Assembly: GCA_050273025.1 (NCBI GenBank)
Contig: CP158635.1
Span: 10,726,001-10,790,000 of the forward strand
DNA: 64,000 nt
Reading direction: 5' to 3'
From: Cenococcum geophilum
Lineage: Eukaryota
Shown piece by piece: positions 25,077 to 38,379 of this stretch (positions are counted from its first letter, which is position 1; every line of letters starts with the position of its first letter). The position numbers and the translations under genes were made by a program. Below the pieces are notes generated by a model. The model was not told the DNA's origin and ran no database searches. It was given only the letters and a program-made list of their open reading frames with translations.

Positions 25077-26144
25077 AGGTCCTATTAGCTTAAAGTATAT
25101 TATTAAGAAATATATAAGTAGGAATTAGTTTTAGTAACTTAATTACTACTCTTAATATATAAAGCTACAGTTAAAGAATAGCTTTATATTTAGGTTTACT
25201 TTAAATAAAGTTATAACCCTTATTAAAATTATTTAGCTTACTTATAGAAAGATTTATACCTTTAATATATATATTATTGTTATAGAGTAAGTATAAGTAA
25301 TAATAATATATAACGAAGTAGATATTATTAAGCTACGTATATAAACTGCGTAGTAAAGTTTAAACGGTATATAAAGAAAGAAAGTAAGGAAATAGAAATG
25401 AATGGTATATATTATTAGCTTAGTTATTTAGTTAATAAGTATATAGAGTAGAATAGGTCCTAGTAGAATTACTAAACTTAGCCAAATTTGGTAGAAGTTA
25501 TAGATATTGCTAATATTACGAATATTGCGAATATAGGACAATCTTATAATAGTAGATAGGATATAGCAGAATATAGTAGACTAACTCGTCTATAAAGTAT
25601 ATACACTATATATGCCTAGGAAAAATATAACAAAGCCTTATAGTAGGTACTATGGTAGACTTATTAATGGGCTAAGTATATAGGTAAGAACAATAGTTAA
25701 TAACGTAAATATAACTGGTGGAGTAGTTACCCAATAAATTAACTCTAATTATATTCTAAGATTTACTACAAAGAAAGAAACTATCTAGGTAGGGACTAAG
25801 GTCCTTTAAATACACAAACTGCGCCTAAGAAAGTCCTTGCTCCGTTTACTCTATTTATTCTATCTACTCTACTATAGATTATATAGATTATATAGATTAT
25901 ATTATATAACCTTAGTTACTATTCCTTATTATATAGTTCTACTAGTTCTATTCTAGACCGTACCTATATTAACCAACTAGCTTCTTCCAACTCTTCTCCA
26001 AGTAGTTATAACATTGTACTTAAAGCGTCCGTAACACTATCTCCCTTCTCTTTATCTTTATCCTTAAAGATTCCTAATATCTCTAAGCCGTCTACTAGAG
26101 GTATAATATCCGTCTAATTAATTTAGTTAATATCTTTACTTATT

Positions 26145-26850
26145 ATACCTAAGACTCCTTCTTCTTCTTCTATAGCTCGTTGGTCTCGTACCATTACTGC
26201 AATATTATCTCTTAGTAAGATAATGCCATCTCCGTATTCTTGTTATGTGAAAGAGGGGTTAGTCTATATTATATTAGCGAGTCCCTTATCCTAATAACCC
26301 TCCTCTTATTTAGAGTATACTAGGGTAAACGCCCAATTGTCTTATAATGTTCGCTCTATTTCCAACGCTAAGTATACGCGTCCTATAACCCTTAATAGTC
26401 TTTAAGTTCCCTAAGTAATTTATTATAGGGTTTTATATTTAATCTGCCGCTGCAAAGCTTAATAATAAACTATTAGTGGCGCTGGCTGAACTTTGTCATT
26501 CTTGTAATACTAAGTAAGAGGCTACCGCTGCTTAATAACGGGCTCTTAACTCTTGTCTTACTGCCTCTACTTAGTTAATCCGTCTTAAAAAGGTTCGTAA
26601 GAAGGTGCGTTTTAAGGAGTGGAAACTTATAAAATAAGGTTTACAGGAACTTAGTAATAAAAGAATGGATTCTCTTCTAATAGAGAGGGAAATAGCTCTA
26701 AATACCTTGGCAGGTGCTCCTCTTAGGTCCCCCTTAGGTGACTTATTCTTTAGTAATCCTTCCTTATTAATGCTGCCTAACCCCTTTTCTTCCGATACTC
26801 CTGTACCTTTTTTATAGCATTCCCTAAATTGCCTAGTAGCTCCTAGGTAG
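26145..26850 (+). pseudogene. Antisense two-exon Zn2Cys6-like/coiled-coil gene of B2
   Basis: Six in-frame TAT codons (RIP of TGT) at 26235-26345 spaced C-x2-C-x6-C-x13-C-x2-C-x8-C; putative intron 26374-26428; exon 2 frame has only CAA/CAG-revertible stops and reads ...LIRL(E)KVRKKVRF(E)E.KL.(EQ)GLQEL. 3' end approximate. Confidence 0.7.
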
Positions 26851-29800
26851 TCTTATTATAGCCTATCTACTTTACTTTATACTATATTTTATTATTAATA
26901 TCCTTATAACTAATAATCTTTAAAATTTACTATTTATCTTCTTCTTGTCCTCTATACGTGTCTGCCTTATAGACTAGTGGCTTAATATTCCCGTGTGCTA
27001 GCTCTAGCATTACAATATACTATATAGGGTAGATTTTTATTTTGGCTAGTAAGTTTAACTTAAATATAACTAGTGAAATCCTTTATATAATTTTAAAAGG
27101 TCCTAGTCTAACATAGTCTAACTTCTTACTTAGTTATTAACTTTTAAATTTTTTGTATAGTAGCTATACTTTATCTCCCTCCTTAAGATCTGGTCCCTTA
27201 GATCTCTTAGCGTTATAGTATTTTTTTTATTCTTTACTATACTACCTTAGCTATATCCGTAAGGTGTATATAAAGATTTATTAATATCTCTATTCTTTAC
27301 TTAGCTGTGCTACTCGTTTTTTTTACTTAACGTAGTAATAATAATGTTCTTAGCTTGTATCTATAATTCGCCTTAAATAGTAATATACCTATTCCTTCTT
27401 AAGGTGTTGTATTATATATAAACTATATAACTAGTAATAACAATACCTAATTATTCTGTGTATAATTAATATAATACCTTAGGTACTGTTTTAGCGTCTA
27501 GTTTAATCTTTCTATTTATCCGTCTATCTGTGGATAATACGCTATTAATATTACTACGCGAACCCCTTATTTAGCTAAAAATACCTCCTAAAATACTACT
27601 ATAAATCTTAGGTCTCTATCTAATATAATCTTTATTAGTGCTCTATATCTTATAAACACTTCTTTAATATAGATTCTAGTAATATCTTCCACTAAGATTT
27701 CTTCTATGCATGCTATAAAGTAGCCCTATTTAGTTAACTTATCCACTATTACTAAGATTGCGTTATAATCTTATCCAGTAATAGGATCTCTTAACTTTAG
27801 TAACTTTATAATAAAGTCCTATAATATAACCTCCTATAGTCTCTCTGGTGTTTTAATAGGTTGTAGCCCTCTATATAGCTTATACCTTATTAATTTATTT
27901 CTCTAATAATCTAAACATTTTTTTATAACTTATCTTACTAGTCCCCAGATTCCTTAAATAATATACTCTTTTTAAAGTCTTAATACTAAGCCTATAGCTC
28001 CATTATGCCCTTATATTATTCCCTTATAGAATTCTTTAACAAATTCTTCTGTAATAGACCTTAAAACATAAGTTACTTCTCTATTCTCGTACTAGTCTAT
28101 ATTTGGATCCTTACTCTATACCTCTTAGATCTTCTATATCTAATCACTCTTTAGTAATTTGTAGATCTGGCTAATTTCTCTTATTACTACTATTTTAGGA
28201 TAATTGTATCTAATTAATCCGTCTTTATCCTTTCGTAATATTGCTCCTAATAATTTCTTGTTATTTTATAGTTTAGCTTTTCTACTAAGCGTGTCTGCTC
28301 TTACATTATCTGTACCCTTAGTATACTAAATCTTAAAATAGTATTCTGCAAGCATCTCTGCCCATCTAACTTGTCTTTAGTTAAGTTCTTTTATTATTAA
28401 GAACCCCGTTAGGTTCTTATAATCTATCTTAACTATAAATAGTTTCTCTATTTCTTATAAGAATGCTCTCTATTCCTTAAGTGCTGCAACTATACCTAAT
28501 AACTCTTTATTATAAATGTTATAGTTTAGTTTTAATAGTGTTATCTTTTAACTATAGTATGCTACTAAATGCTATACGTCCTGGTGCTTCTATAGCAAAT
28601 ATACTCCTAGTATAAAGTCTAATGCGTTTATTTCCACAACTGTATCTAACCCTAATTAGTAGATTTTAAGAATTAGTTCTTAGGTAAATAGCTCCTTAAG
28701 TTTTTGGAATAGCTTCTTTTACTTACTTCCCCATACCTATAGTTCCTCCTTCTTTGTAAGCCTAGTGAAGGGTTTAATATTCTTTAACCACTACGCTATA
28801 AACCTTCTATAGTAGTTGCAAAACCCTAAAAACGATCTTAACTACGTAACGTTCTCTAGTTCTTACCAACTAACTATAACTTCTATCTTCTTTAGGTCTA
28901 TACTAATATGACCTAGTTTAATAATAAATTCTATAAAATCGGTCTTCCTGGTAAAGAACTTGCATTTCTTAATTATTACTAGCATCTATTCTTCCTATAG
29001 TCTCTTTAAGACCTATTTAACGTGTTCTCTATATTCTTCCTTACTTATTAAGTATATAATAATATTATTAAGGTATACTATAACGAACTCATTAAGGTGT
29101 TCTTTTAATATACTATTAATCCGCTTCTAGAATGTCGCTAGTACGTTTATAAGCCCGAATTGCATAACTAATGGCTTATATAGTCCTTCCTTTAACCTAA
29201 AGGCTGCTTTCTATTCGTCGCCTTCCTTAATCCTAATCTAATAGTACGCCCACCTTAGATCTATCTTTATAAAGATTTGCGTATTACCTATTCTATCTTA
29301 GATCTTACTAATTAAGGGTAAAGGATACCTATCCTTTCTAGTAATGCTGTTTAACTATCTATAGTTAATGCATAGTCTTAGTTTTCTATTCTTCTTTAGT
29401 ACGAATAGTACTGGATATCCTACTAATAATTACGATGGTCGGATATATCCCTTTCGTAGATTTTCCTAGATAAACTCTTTTAAGGCTCTTAACTCCTCTT
29501 CAGTTAGCTTATAGATTAAAAAGAATTTTAGACTTGTTCCTAGTTCCAACTCTATTTTATAATCCTATACTATATACTCTAACAGCTTCTTACTTTCTAG
29601 TGACTATAACTTTTTACCATACTTATGGTATCTCTTTAGTATATAACTTAATCCTTAATTAGTCTCTTTATAAGTTACTCTAACTTAGCACCATACTATC
29701 TTAGTCTGTTATTATATCTTGCAATATTAAGTATCTTTAATATTAACCTGTCCTGTAACCCAATTAATTCTTAGATTATATTTCTGTAACTAAGGTATAC

Positions 29801-32555
29801 CTAATACTACCTTATCCCTTCCCAATGGTAGGATATTAAAAGACATCTTAATTCGTCTTCCTTTAATAGTTAATTAAATAGGTTCTGTTTTAAGATTAAT
29901 AATACCTCCTCTATAGGTTATTAGATCTCCTAAAATCGTAACTAATAGATAAGGGTGCTCTTTCTGTCTATGCGGTAGCCCTATCCTTTTAACTACTACT
30001 AGTAAGATATAGTTCCTTATTGCTCTACTATCTATTAGTGCTTTAAACTATTAATCTTACCATTTAACTCGTAAATTTAGGTATCGTCCTTAAATTCCTT
30101 TAAGGGTTTAAGGCTCTACCACTAGCTCCCTCTAGTCCCGTAGGCCTCTACTTTTCCTAACTATTAGCTACTAGATCCTATTGCGCTTAGCTTACTCTTT
30201 AGCCAATGCCTAGTTCGCTTTTTATCCTCTATATACTATAGACACGTATTCTCTAGGCATTCCTACTACTGTTATCCCTCTAGGCATTCTTCCGTAAGAA
30301 ATCTTCCTAGTTAAAGTACTAACGTTCCTTCTTTTTAACCTTTAATTAGATGCCATCTATATATGTACTTAGCATTCCTAAATCGCTTTTCGTCTGTTAC
30401 CTAATATATTCTTATTAAATATTTCCGATTCTTTTCTTTCGGATTCTTACATATGTTATATATATTATTTACGTATGCAATCTATACCATTATATAGTGC
30501 GCTAGGTGCTTTAGGTTAACTCTTAGTTTATTTTCTTCCTTAAGTTTAAACTTAACCTATAGTAATCTAAACGTTGCAAACTCTTTTGCTAAAACTTAGA
30601 TACGCTATATCTCTCTCTAGTTCTCTAATCGTTCTTCTAGATCCCGTAATGTTATAATTAGTGCTCCTCTAATATAACTTATATCTTTTTTAGTAATAGC
30701 CTTATCCGTAATAACTCTTTCGTCTAGCTACTTATAGAAGTTTTCCTATTTATTATTACGTCGCTACCTATACTACTTTTGGTACAGCTCCGTAAGTATA
30801 TATAACTTATATATAAGGAAGTACCTCTTTATTACTGCATCGTTACAACCTTTAGTATATCGTTCTGCAAACCTAGTTAGAATCCCTAGATCCTCTTTTT
30901 ATTCCAGTTCGTCTAACCATTTTACTCTTAGTGTGCCTACTCTTAGCCTATTAGTGATTTTCCGTACAAGTTCTCTGTCTCTTATACGTTCTAGTATACT
31001 AGATCTCTGGTTTAACTTGTGCTCTTACTATATAATAATTCTTGCTCTAAACTTATCCGTAGTTTCTTAGTATCTACGTCTTATAGCTAGATCCTTAAAG
31101 TCTTCTTACTTCTTAATTATAGTATTATTATTTTTAACTTTAAACACTTTGTTTATTTGGTAAGTCTTCTAAATCTATATATCTATCTCCTAGTCTAACT
31201 GCTATTTATATTACAGATTCTCTAATCCGTATAAAAGTCTCTTACTTCTTACTTATAGGTGTCCTTATTCGTTCTTTAAAATCTTAGTGCCCTAGGAATC
31301 TTTATCCCGTGCTTATTCGTTTATTTCTAAACTAAGCTGCTGCCCTTTCCCATTAGTTGTCGTCCATTATAGGTTCTTGGGTGTGCCTTATCTCATCTTA
31401 AGAATCTTAGTCATCTCTTATCTTATCCTAAGAATCTTAAGCCTGTGGCCTTTTGCCTTTATTAAGTGGTAAGCTAGCACTAGCTTCTGTCTTAAGCTTG
31501 CTTAATCTTATATAGATACTACTCCTGCCGTCTTATAAAGCGATAGACATCATATCTAACGGAGTCTCGATCCCCGCTACTGTCTTAGCTTCTATAGCTA
31601 ATTTAATCTCTACTTCTGGTGTAATTTCTCTAAGGTCTATATACTCCTAGTAAGCTACCCTTATTACCTTATTATTAGTAAACGCTTCACCTATGTTAAA
31701 TTTATTATCCTTAATGTCCGATCTACGTATTAGTTCGTTAGTTTCTTTAAGTCCTCTTAACTCTAGCTCTTATGGCCAATAGCTTGCGCCATACTTAACT
31801 TCCTTATAAATTAGGTATACGTTATTATAACAAAACGTAAAACTTCTAATTAAATATTCTTTTGTTCCTTATAGTACACTATCGTCCCTCTATACGTATG
31901 TGTCTTTTACTAGCCTAGTTCCCTTTACCGCATAATATCTCTAACTATCTTTGTAGTTTTTAGCAAAATAACCCTATTTTCCGCAATTTATGTAAGCTCT
32001 ATTTTTAAACCATTTGTTCTGCTATAGAGTCCGCTTAAACATCTTCTTTTACTAAGATCCTTAGTTTAGCCTCTGCTCCGTAGTCCTATAATTACTTAAT
32101 CCTTAACCTCTAGGTTTCCATAGTTGTTTCCATCTTTTAGATTCTTTAGTACCGCTTAGGTCCATTAGCTCTAGTCTGCCATTCTATAGTTTTTAACTCT
32201 ATATCGGTCGTTGCGTGCTCTATACCTTATATAACTATAGGACTCTATCTTGCCCTTTTTTAGCTAGCTCCCTTTAGTAGATCCTATTGTCGATCTTTAT
32301 CGCTTAATCTATTAATTCCTATAAGGTGTCCGCATCTTCCATTAGGATAATCGCGTCCTATACTTTTACCTTAAGCCCTTACTTATACTGTGCTATAAGC
32401 GCCTTATTATTCCATTTAACTTATATAGTAAATGTTTAAAACTATGTCGTGTACTCGATTACTAAAGTCCTTTATAGTAAGTTCTGTAACTTTCTTTCTG
32501 CTATAGTTGTTGCTTCTAAATCTCTAAACATTTATATTAGTTGCTCCGCGAATCC

Positions 32556-32812
32556 TGTAAGGGTTATTTTGGCCCTTACTCGGCTGCATCGCCTAGGGGC
32601 TCTAAGGGGTAGCCAAGGCCTAGCCGAAGGCTAGGCTTGGCACCTCCTTATAAGCACCTCGGGCTTGCAGCCCTTCCCTCCTCATCGGTTCGTCTCAGTA
32701 CGAGGCTATTGCCTACCCTCATTACCATATCGTCCTCTTCCATCGACTCCCTATGTGACTCATGCTCGGCTTGCCTACTCCCTACCATATACCCTAGTAA
32801 TACTGCCTTACA
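32556..32812. mobile_element. Solo LTR (257 bp) of a family not otherwise seen here, inserted in B2 gag
   Basis: TGTAAGG...CCTTACA inverted ends; TSD AATCC at 32551-32555 and 32813-32817; absent from the corresponding part of B3. Confidence 0.93.
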
Positions 32813-33888
32813 AATCCTCCCTAACTAGAGAATATAAATCACACTTCCTAATTAGTGGTGGCTATGCCGTTGGCCTATACCTCGGTAAGGTAAGGTTTAA
32901 ACCACTTAAGTGCTTATCCCGTTAGGAATAGTCCTATGTACGCTACTTAATCCATAAATATTAGTAGCTTTGCTACTTCTTATATAACCTTAAAATGTAT
33001 CTATATTAGAAATCCCTTAAGCTTTAACTTCTTACCTACAAATCTCTTAATTAATAGTAACTTAATCTTTGCTGCTTTAACCGCATTAAGTCTTTCTTTA
33101 AGTCTTTTGTTATTATCGTTTAATTAATTAACTATTTCCTATAACTATCCAACCGTAACTAGTTGCGAATTAGTGTCTTGCATACTTATATCGCCACTCG
33201 TTCTTAAGGTAGTTACTACTATTAACGGCGTTGTAACTGGTGCTTTCGGTAGCATATTGTTTAACTCTTTTTTATTAATACCGTAATTAGGTAGTAAATA
33301 TGTAATAAAGCCTTATAGTAGGTACTACGGTAAACTTGTTAATGGGCTAGGTATATAGGTAAGAATAATAGTTAATAACGTAAATATAACTAGTGGAGTG
33401 GTTACCTAACAGATTAACTCCAATTATATTCTAAGATTTACTATAAAGAAAGGAACTATCTAGGTAGGGACTAAGGTCCTTTAAATACACAAACTACGCC
33501 TAAGAAAGTCCTTACTCTATTTACTCTATCTATTCTATCTACTCCGCTATAGATTATATAGATTATATTATGTGACCTTAGTTACTATTCCTCGTTATAT
33601 AGTTCTACTAGTTCTATCCTAGACCGTGCCTGTATTAACTAACTAGCTTCTTCTAACTCTTCTCCAAGTAGTCGTAATATTGTACTTAAAGCGTCCGTAA
33701 TAAAAAACCCTTCCTTACCTTATATATAGACTCCTCCTTTCCTATAAGGATTTGTCTATATATATAATATACCCTATTATTCTATTAATTAGACTTCCTA
33801 TCTATATCTTTACCTTATATTTAAATCCTTATTAATTCCCTTAGAAGGATAGCCGGTTTAATTTTTCTATAATACCTCTTAAAAACCC

Positions 33889-34141
33889 TATAATAAAGCA
33901 TTATAGGAAATACTACGGTGAACTTATTAATAGGTTAGGTATATAGGTAAACAAATAATTAATATAAGGTATAGATTAAGTACCTAATAGATTAATTCTA
34001 ATTGTATTTTATAATTTACTATAAAAAGAGAACTAGCTCCCTTTAGTTCTATAGGCCTCTCCTTTTCCTAACTATTAGCTTAATTCTAACTATACTTAAT
34101 CCGCTTTCTGCTAATACTTTATTTATTTCTTTTTCTCTATA
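33889..34141 (-). mobile_element. Deleted family B relic (B4), left part: LTR end fused to pre-protease sequence
   Basis: 33889-~34035 resembles the LTR end at 33301; it then jumps to sequence matching 30121-30235; continues at 44017 after B3. Confidence 0.75.
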
Positions 34142-37100
34142 TATTACGGACCTTATATCGGCAGTAGTAGCACTACTAAGGAGAGATATAAACGGACTAG
34201 TGGTAGAAGTACAGGAGGTGCTGAAACCAGTTAAACTATGGGATAAGAGGTAACTAAGTTATATAGTTAGTTACGTTATAAGTTTAAAACATAGGAACGT
34301 AATATACCGACGTATTTAACGTACTAACGTATTTAGTATATTTCTTAGGCATAGTATTATATATTTAAAGGACTACAGTCCCTACTTAGATAGTTCTCTT
34401 CTTTATAGTAAATCTTAGAATATAAGTAGAGTTAATCTATTAGGCAACTACTCCACTAGTTATTATTACGTTATTAACTTCTTATTTACCTATATACCCA
34501 GCCCATTAATAAGTCTACCGTAGTTCTTACTATAAGGCTTTGTTATATATTTACTACTAAGGTTACAGTATTAACAAAGTTAAATAATATACCACTAAAA
34601 GCACTAGCCACGACGCCGTTAACGGCAGTAACTACTTTAAGATTAGGTAATAACACTAGTATAGTAGATACTAACTTATAACTAGTTATAGTTAGATAGT
34701 TATAGGAAATAGTTAATTAATTAATAGACAATAATAAGATACTTAAAGAAAGAATTAATAGAATCGGAGCAGCTAAGGTTAAGCTACTATTAATTAAGCG
34801 ATTCTTAGGGGAGAAGTTAAAACTTAATGGATTTCTTACGTAAATATACTTTAAGGTTATATAGGAGGGAATAAAGCTAGCAATATCTATAGACTAAGTA
34901 GCCTATGCAGGATTGTTCCTAATAGGGAGGGTACTTAAGTAATTTAAACCCTATCTTATAGAGGCATAAGAATATAGTATAGCAACTTCTAATTAAAAAG
35001 TATAATATATATTTGCTAGCTAAAATAGGTTTGCGGAATAATTAACGCAGATATTTAGAGACCTAAAAGTAACTACTATAGTAAAATAAAAGCTTTAAAA
35101 CCTAGTATAACAAACCTTAGCAATTAAGTATATAACGCAGTTTTAAATATTAGCTATATAGGTTAAATAGAATAATAAGGCGCTTATAGTATAGTATAAA
35201 TAAGGACTTAAAGCAAAAGTCTAGAACGTAATTATCCTAATAGAAGATATAGAAACCCTATAAGATCTAATTAATTAAGTAATTAAAATTAATAATAGAA
35301 TCTACTAGAGGGAATAGACTAAGAAAGGTTAGAATAGAGTTCTATAGTTATATAAGGCGTAAAGTACGCAATAATAAAGTTAAAGTTAAAAACTATAGTA
35401 TAGTGTAGAACTAATAGACCTAAGTAGTATTAAAGAATCTAGAAGATAGAATAAGAAACTATAAAAACCTAGAAGTTAAGGATTAAGTAATTATAAGACT
35501 GGGGGGTAGAGGCTAAACTAGGGATCTTAGTAGCAGAAAATATTTAGGCGGACTCTATAGCAAGAAAAATAGTTTAAAGAAGGAGCTTATATAAATTATA
35601 GAAAATAAGGTTATTTTTATTAAAGACTATAAAAGTAGTTAAAGTTACTATATAGTAAAAGAAATAAAACTAGTAGATAATATATACGTATAGAGGGATA
35701 ATAATATGCTATAAGGAATAAAGGAATGTTCGATTAAAAGTTTTACGTTTTATTATAATAACGCATACCAAATTTATAAGGACGCTAAGTATAGCGTAAG
35801 CTATTAGCTATAGGAGCTAAAATTATTAAAGTTTAAAGGAATCAATAAACTATCTCATAGATTAGATATTAAGGACGATAAATTTAATATAGGCGAAATA
35901 TTTAGCACTAATAAGGCAATAAAGGCAGCTTACTAGGAGTATATAAACTTTAGAGAAGTTGTAATAAAAGTAGAGACTAAGACTACTATAAAATGGGGGT
36001 TGGTAATAGAAATTATAATACTATGAAATATAGCATCCATCGCTTTATAAGAAGGAAGGAGAAACATTTAAGAAAAAGGATTAAGTAAGTAGATAACTGC
36101 TAGTGCTAGCTTACTACATAATAAAGGCAAAAGGCCACAGGCTTAAGATTCTTAAGAAGAGATAAGATATGCTTAAGGACCTATAATAGACGACAACCGA
36201 TAGAGCAGAGTAACGGCTTAGTTTAGTAATATATAAATAAGCTTAAGACGAAGTTTCCTAAAGGCATAAGATTCTTAAAACGAGATAAGTAAGATTTAAA
36301 ATTCTTAAGATAAGATAAGAATACTATAGAAGCCTAGTTAGACTAAGGCTAGAGCTAGGCTTAAAAAAAGCAAGCTTAGGATTAAGAGTTCTATAGGACT
36401 AAGATTTTAATATATAAATAAGGACTATTAAGAAAATTAACACTAAGATTAAGAAGTAGGAAAATTTTAAGGATCTACTTATAAGGCAAAAAACAAAAGA
36501 AACTATAGAGGAATTTAGATAAAGAATCCTTATATAGTAAGAATAGAAACTAAACTAGAGATCTAGTATACTAGGTCGTACTAGGGATAGAGTACCTATA
36601 TAAAGAATAACTAATAGGCCTAAGATAGGCACGCTAAGAGCAAAATAGCTTACTAAACTAAAATAAGAAGAGGATCTAAAAATCCCTACTAAATTTAAAG
36701 AATAATATATAAAGGGCTATTATAATATAGTAATAAGAAGATACTTCCTTATAGATAAGCCGTATATACTCTAATAGCTATACTAAAAGTAGTATAGGCA
36801 GCAATATAATAATAAGTGGGAAGATTTTTATATATAGTTAGATAAGCGAGTTATCTAGGACCACCCTATTATAGAAAAAGCTATAAGTTATATTAAGGGA
36901 GCCTTAATTATAACGTTAAAGGATCTAGAGGAATAATTAGAGGACTAAAAAAGCAAAAGGCATATCTTAGTACCCGCGAATAAAGTTATAATATTTAGAT
37001 TAATATAATAGAGGTTTAAACTTAAGGATAAAGACGAGTTAAGAATTAACCTAAAGCACCTAGTATATTATACGCTATTATAGATTATATACGTAGATAA

Positions 37101-37469
37101 TATATACAATATATATAAAAATAAAAAATAAAAAAATTAGAAGTACCCTACATCGGGAAAATATGGTACCCTTTCAATGGCCTTAATAGCTGGTGGTTGA
37201 CGCAATTGGCGCGCAGTTAAGGTCATTTGGCAACTTAACCGACTAGCCTATATCGTGTTTTTTTGACACGCAGCCTGCGCGCAGCCTACGTATAACCTAC
37301 GCGTAACCTACCAGCAATCTACGCATTTGGTAACTATAATTATATTTACCTCTTTTATACTAATAGCATATTTTAAATAAATAAAAGCTACTTTAAAGCT
37401 ATTTATAAGGCTAGCAAAATAAATATTATTATTTTAGATAATTTAATATAATATAGCGATGGTTCTCTT

Positions 37470-37735
37470 CTACCTATCTACCTATTAACTTACTTACCTA
37501 CCTATATTGCCTACCTATCTACATTGCCTACCTATCTGCATCGCCTACCTATTTATATCTACTTGCCTGTCTATATCTACTTACCTATCTATATCTACTT
37601 ACCTGTCTATATCTACCTACCTATCTATATCTGCTTGCCTGTCTACATTTACTTATCTATCTATATCTGCCTACCTATCTATATCTACCTACCCGTTAGT
37701 ATCTCCCTATTTATGCCTACCTATCTATGCTACCT
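37470..37735 (+). repeat. Degenerate 18-bp array in X1 (TACCTRTCTATATCTACY)
   Basis: Direct reading; produces the spurious ORFs at 37507 and 37524. Confidence 0.9.
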
Positions 37736-37784
37736 TAATTTAATTAATCGATTGAATCGTTTATAGTGTTCGCTGGCTAGTCGT

Positions 37785-38245
37785 TGTTGTCTGGCTCTGG
37801 TAATAGTCGTCTGGTTCTAGCGATAGTCGTCTAACTTTGGAGACGGTCGTCTGGTTTTAGCGACGGTCGTCTAGTTCTAGCGACGGTCGTCTGGCTCTGG
37901 CGACAGTCGTCTGGTTTTGGCGACAGTCGTCTAACTCTAGAGACGGTCGTCTGGTTTTGGCGACGGTCGTCTGGTTCTGGTAACGGTCGTCTAGTTCTAG
38001 TAACGGTCGTCTGGTTCTGGCGACGGTCGTCTAGTTCTAGCGACAGTTGTCTGGCTCTGGCGATAGTCGTCTGGCTCTAACGACGGTCGTCTGGTTCTGG
38101 CGACGGTCGTCTGGCTCTGGCGACGATCGTCTGGTTCTGGTAACGGTCGTCTGGTTCTGGTAACGGTCGTCTGGTTCTGGTAACGGTCGTCTAGTTCTGG
38201 CGACGGTCGTCTAGTTCTAGCGATAGTTATCTAGTTCTAGCAACG
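37785..38245 (+). repeat. 20-bp tandem array in X1 (~23 units, GGCGACGGTCGTCTGGTTCT)
   Basis: Head-to-tail units without spacers; variants are mostly C>T/G>A; same unit at 58610-58685. Confidence 0.95.
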
Positions 38246-38379
38246 GTCCTCTGCTGGCTGCCGTTCTAGTGCCTCCCTAGGTAGGGAGGATGTAAGGAAG
38301 GAAGGAAGGGTAAAAAATAAGGCGGCTATATAGGCAGAGACACGTGTAGACGCTATCGGGAATATAGCGGGGACCCGAT

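Larger units (their letters stand above)
25626..33702 (-). mobile_element. Full-length Ty3/gypsy chromovirus family B copy 2 (B2), 8077 bp including a nested solo LTR
   Basis: LTRs at 25626-26036 and 33301-33702; TSD AAAAA at 25621-25625 and 33703-33707; PPT at 26037-26055; gag ATG at ~33255; protease ALI(D)S(G)A..NYI (~30010-30045), RT AYL(DD)IIIY (~29050-29080), RH VE(TD)A(SD), integrase and chromodomain. Confidence 0.95.

Noticed and set aside
32449..32925. GC-richer ORF cluster suggesting a captured gene in B2
   Set aside because: Explained by a TSD-flanked 257-bp solo LTR.
37507..37766. Overlapping YLPIYI/STYLSI ORFs
   Set aside because: Artefacts of the 18-bp array.
37785..38245. 20-bp GC-rich repeats with internal dyad symmetry resembling a CRISPR array
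   Set aside because: Units are contiguous with no unique spacers, there are no cas genes, and the context is a eukaryotic RIP-affected transposon.
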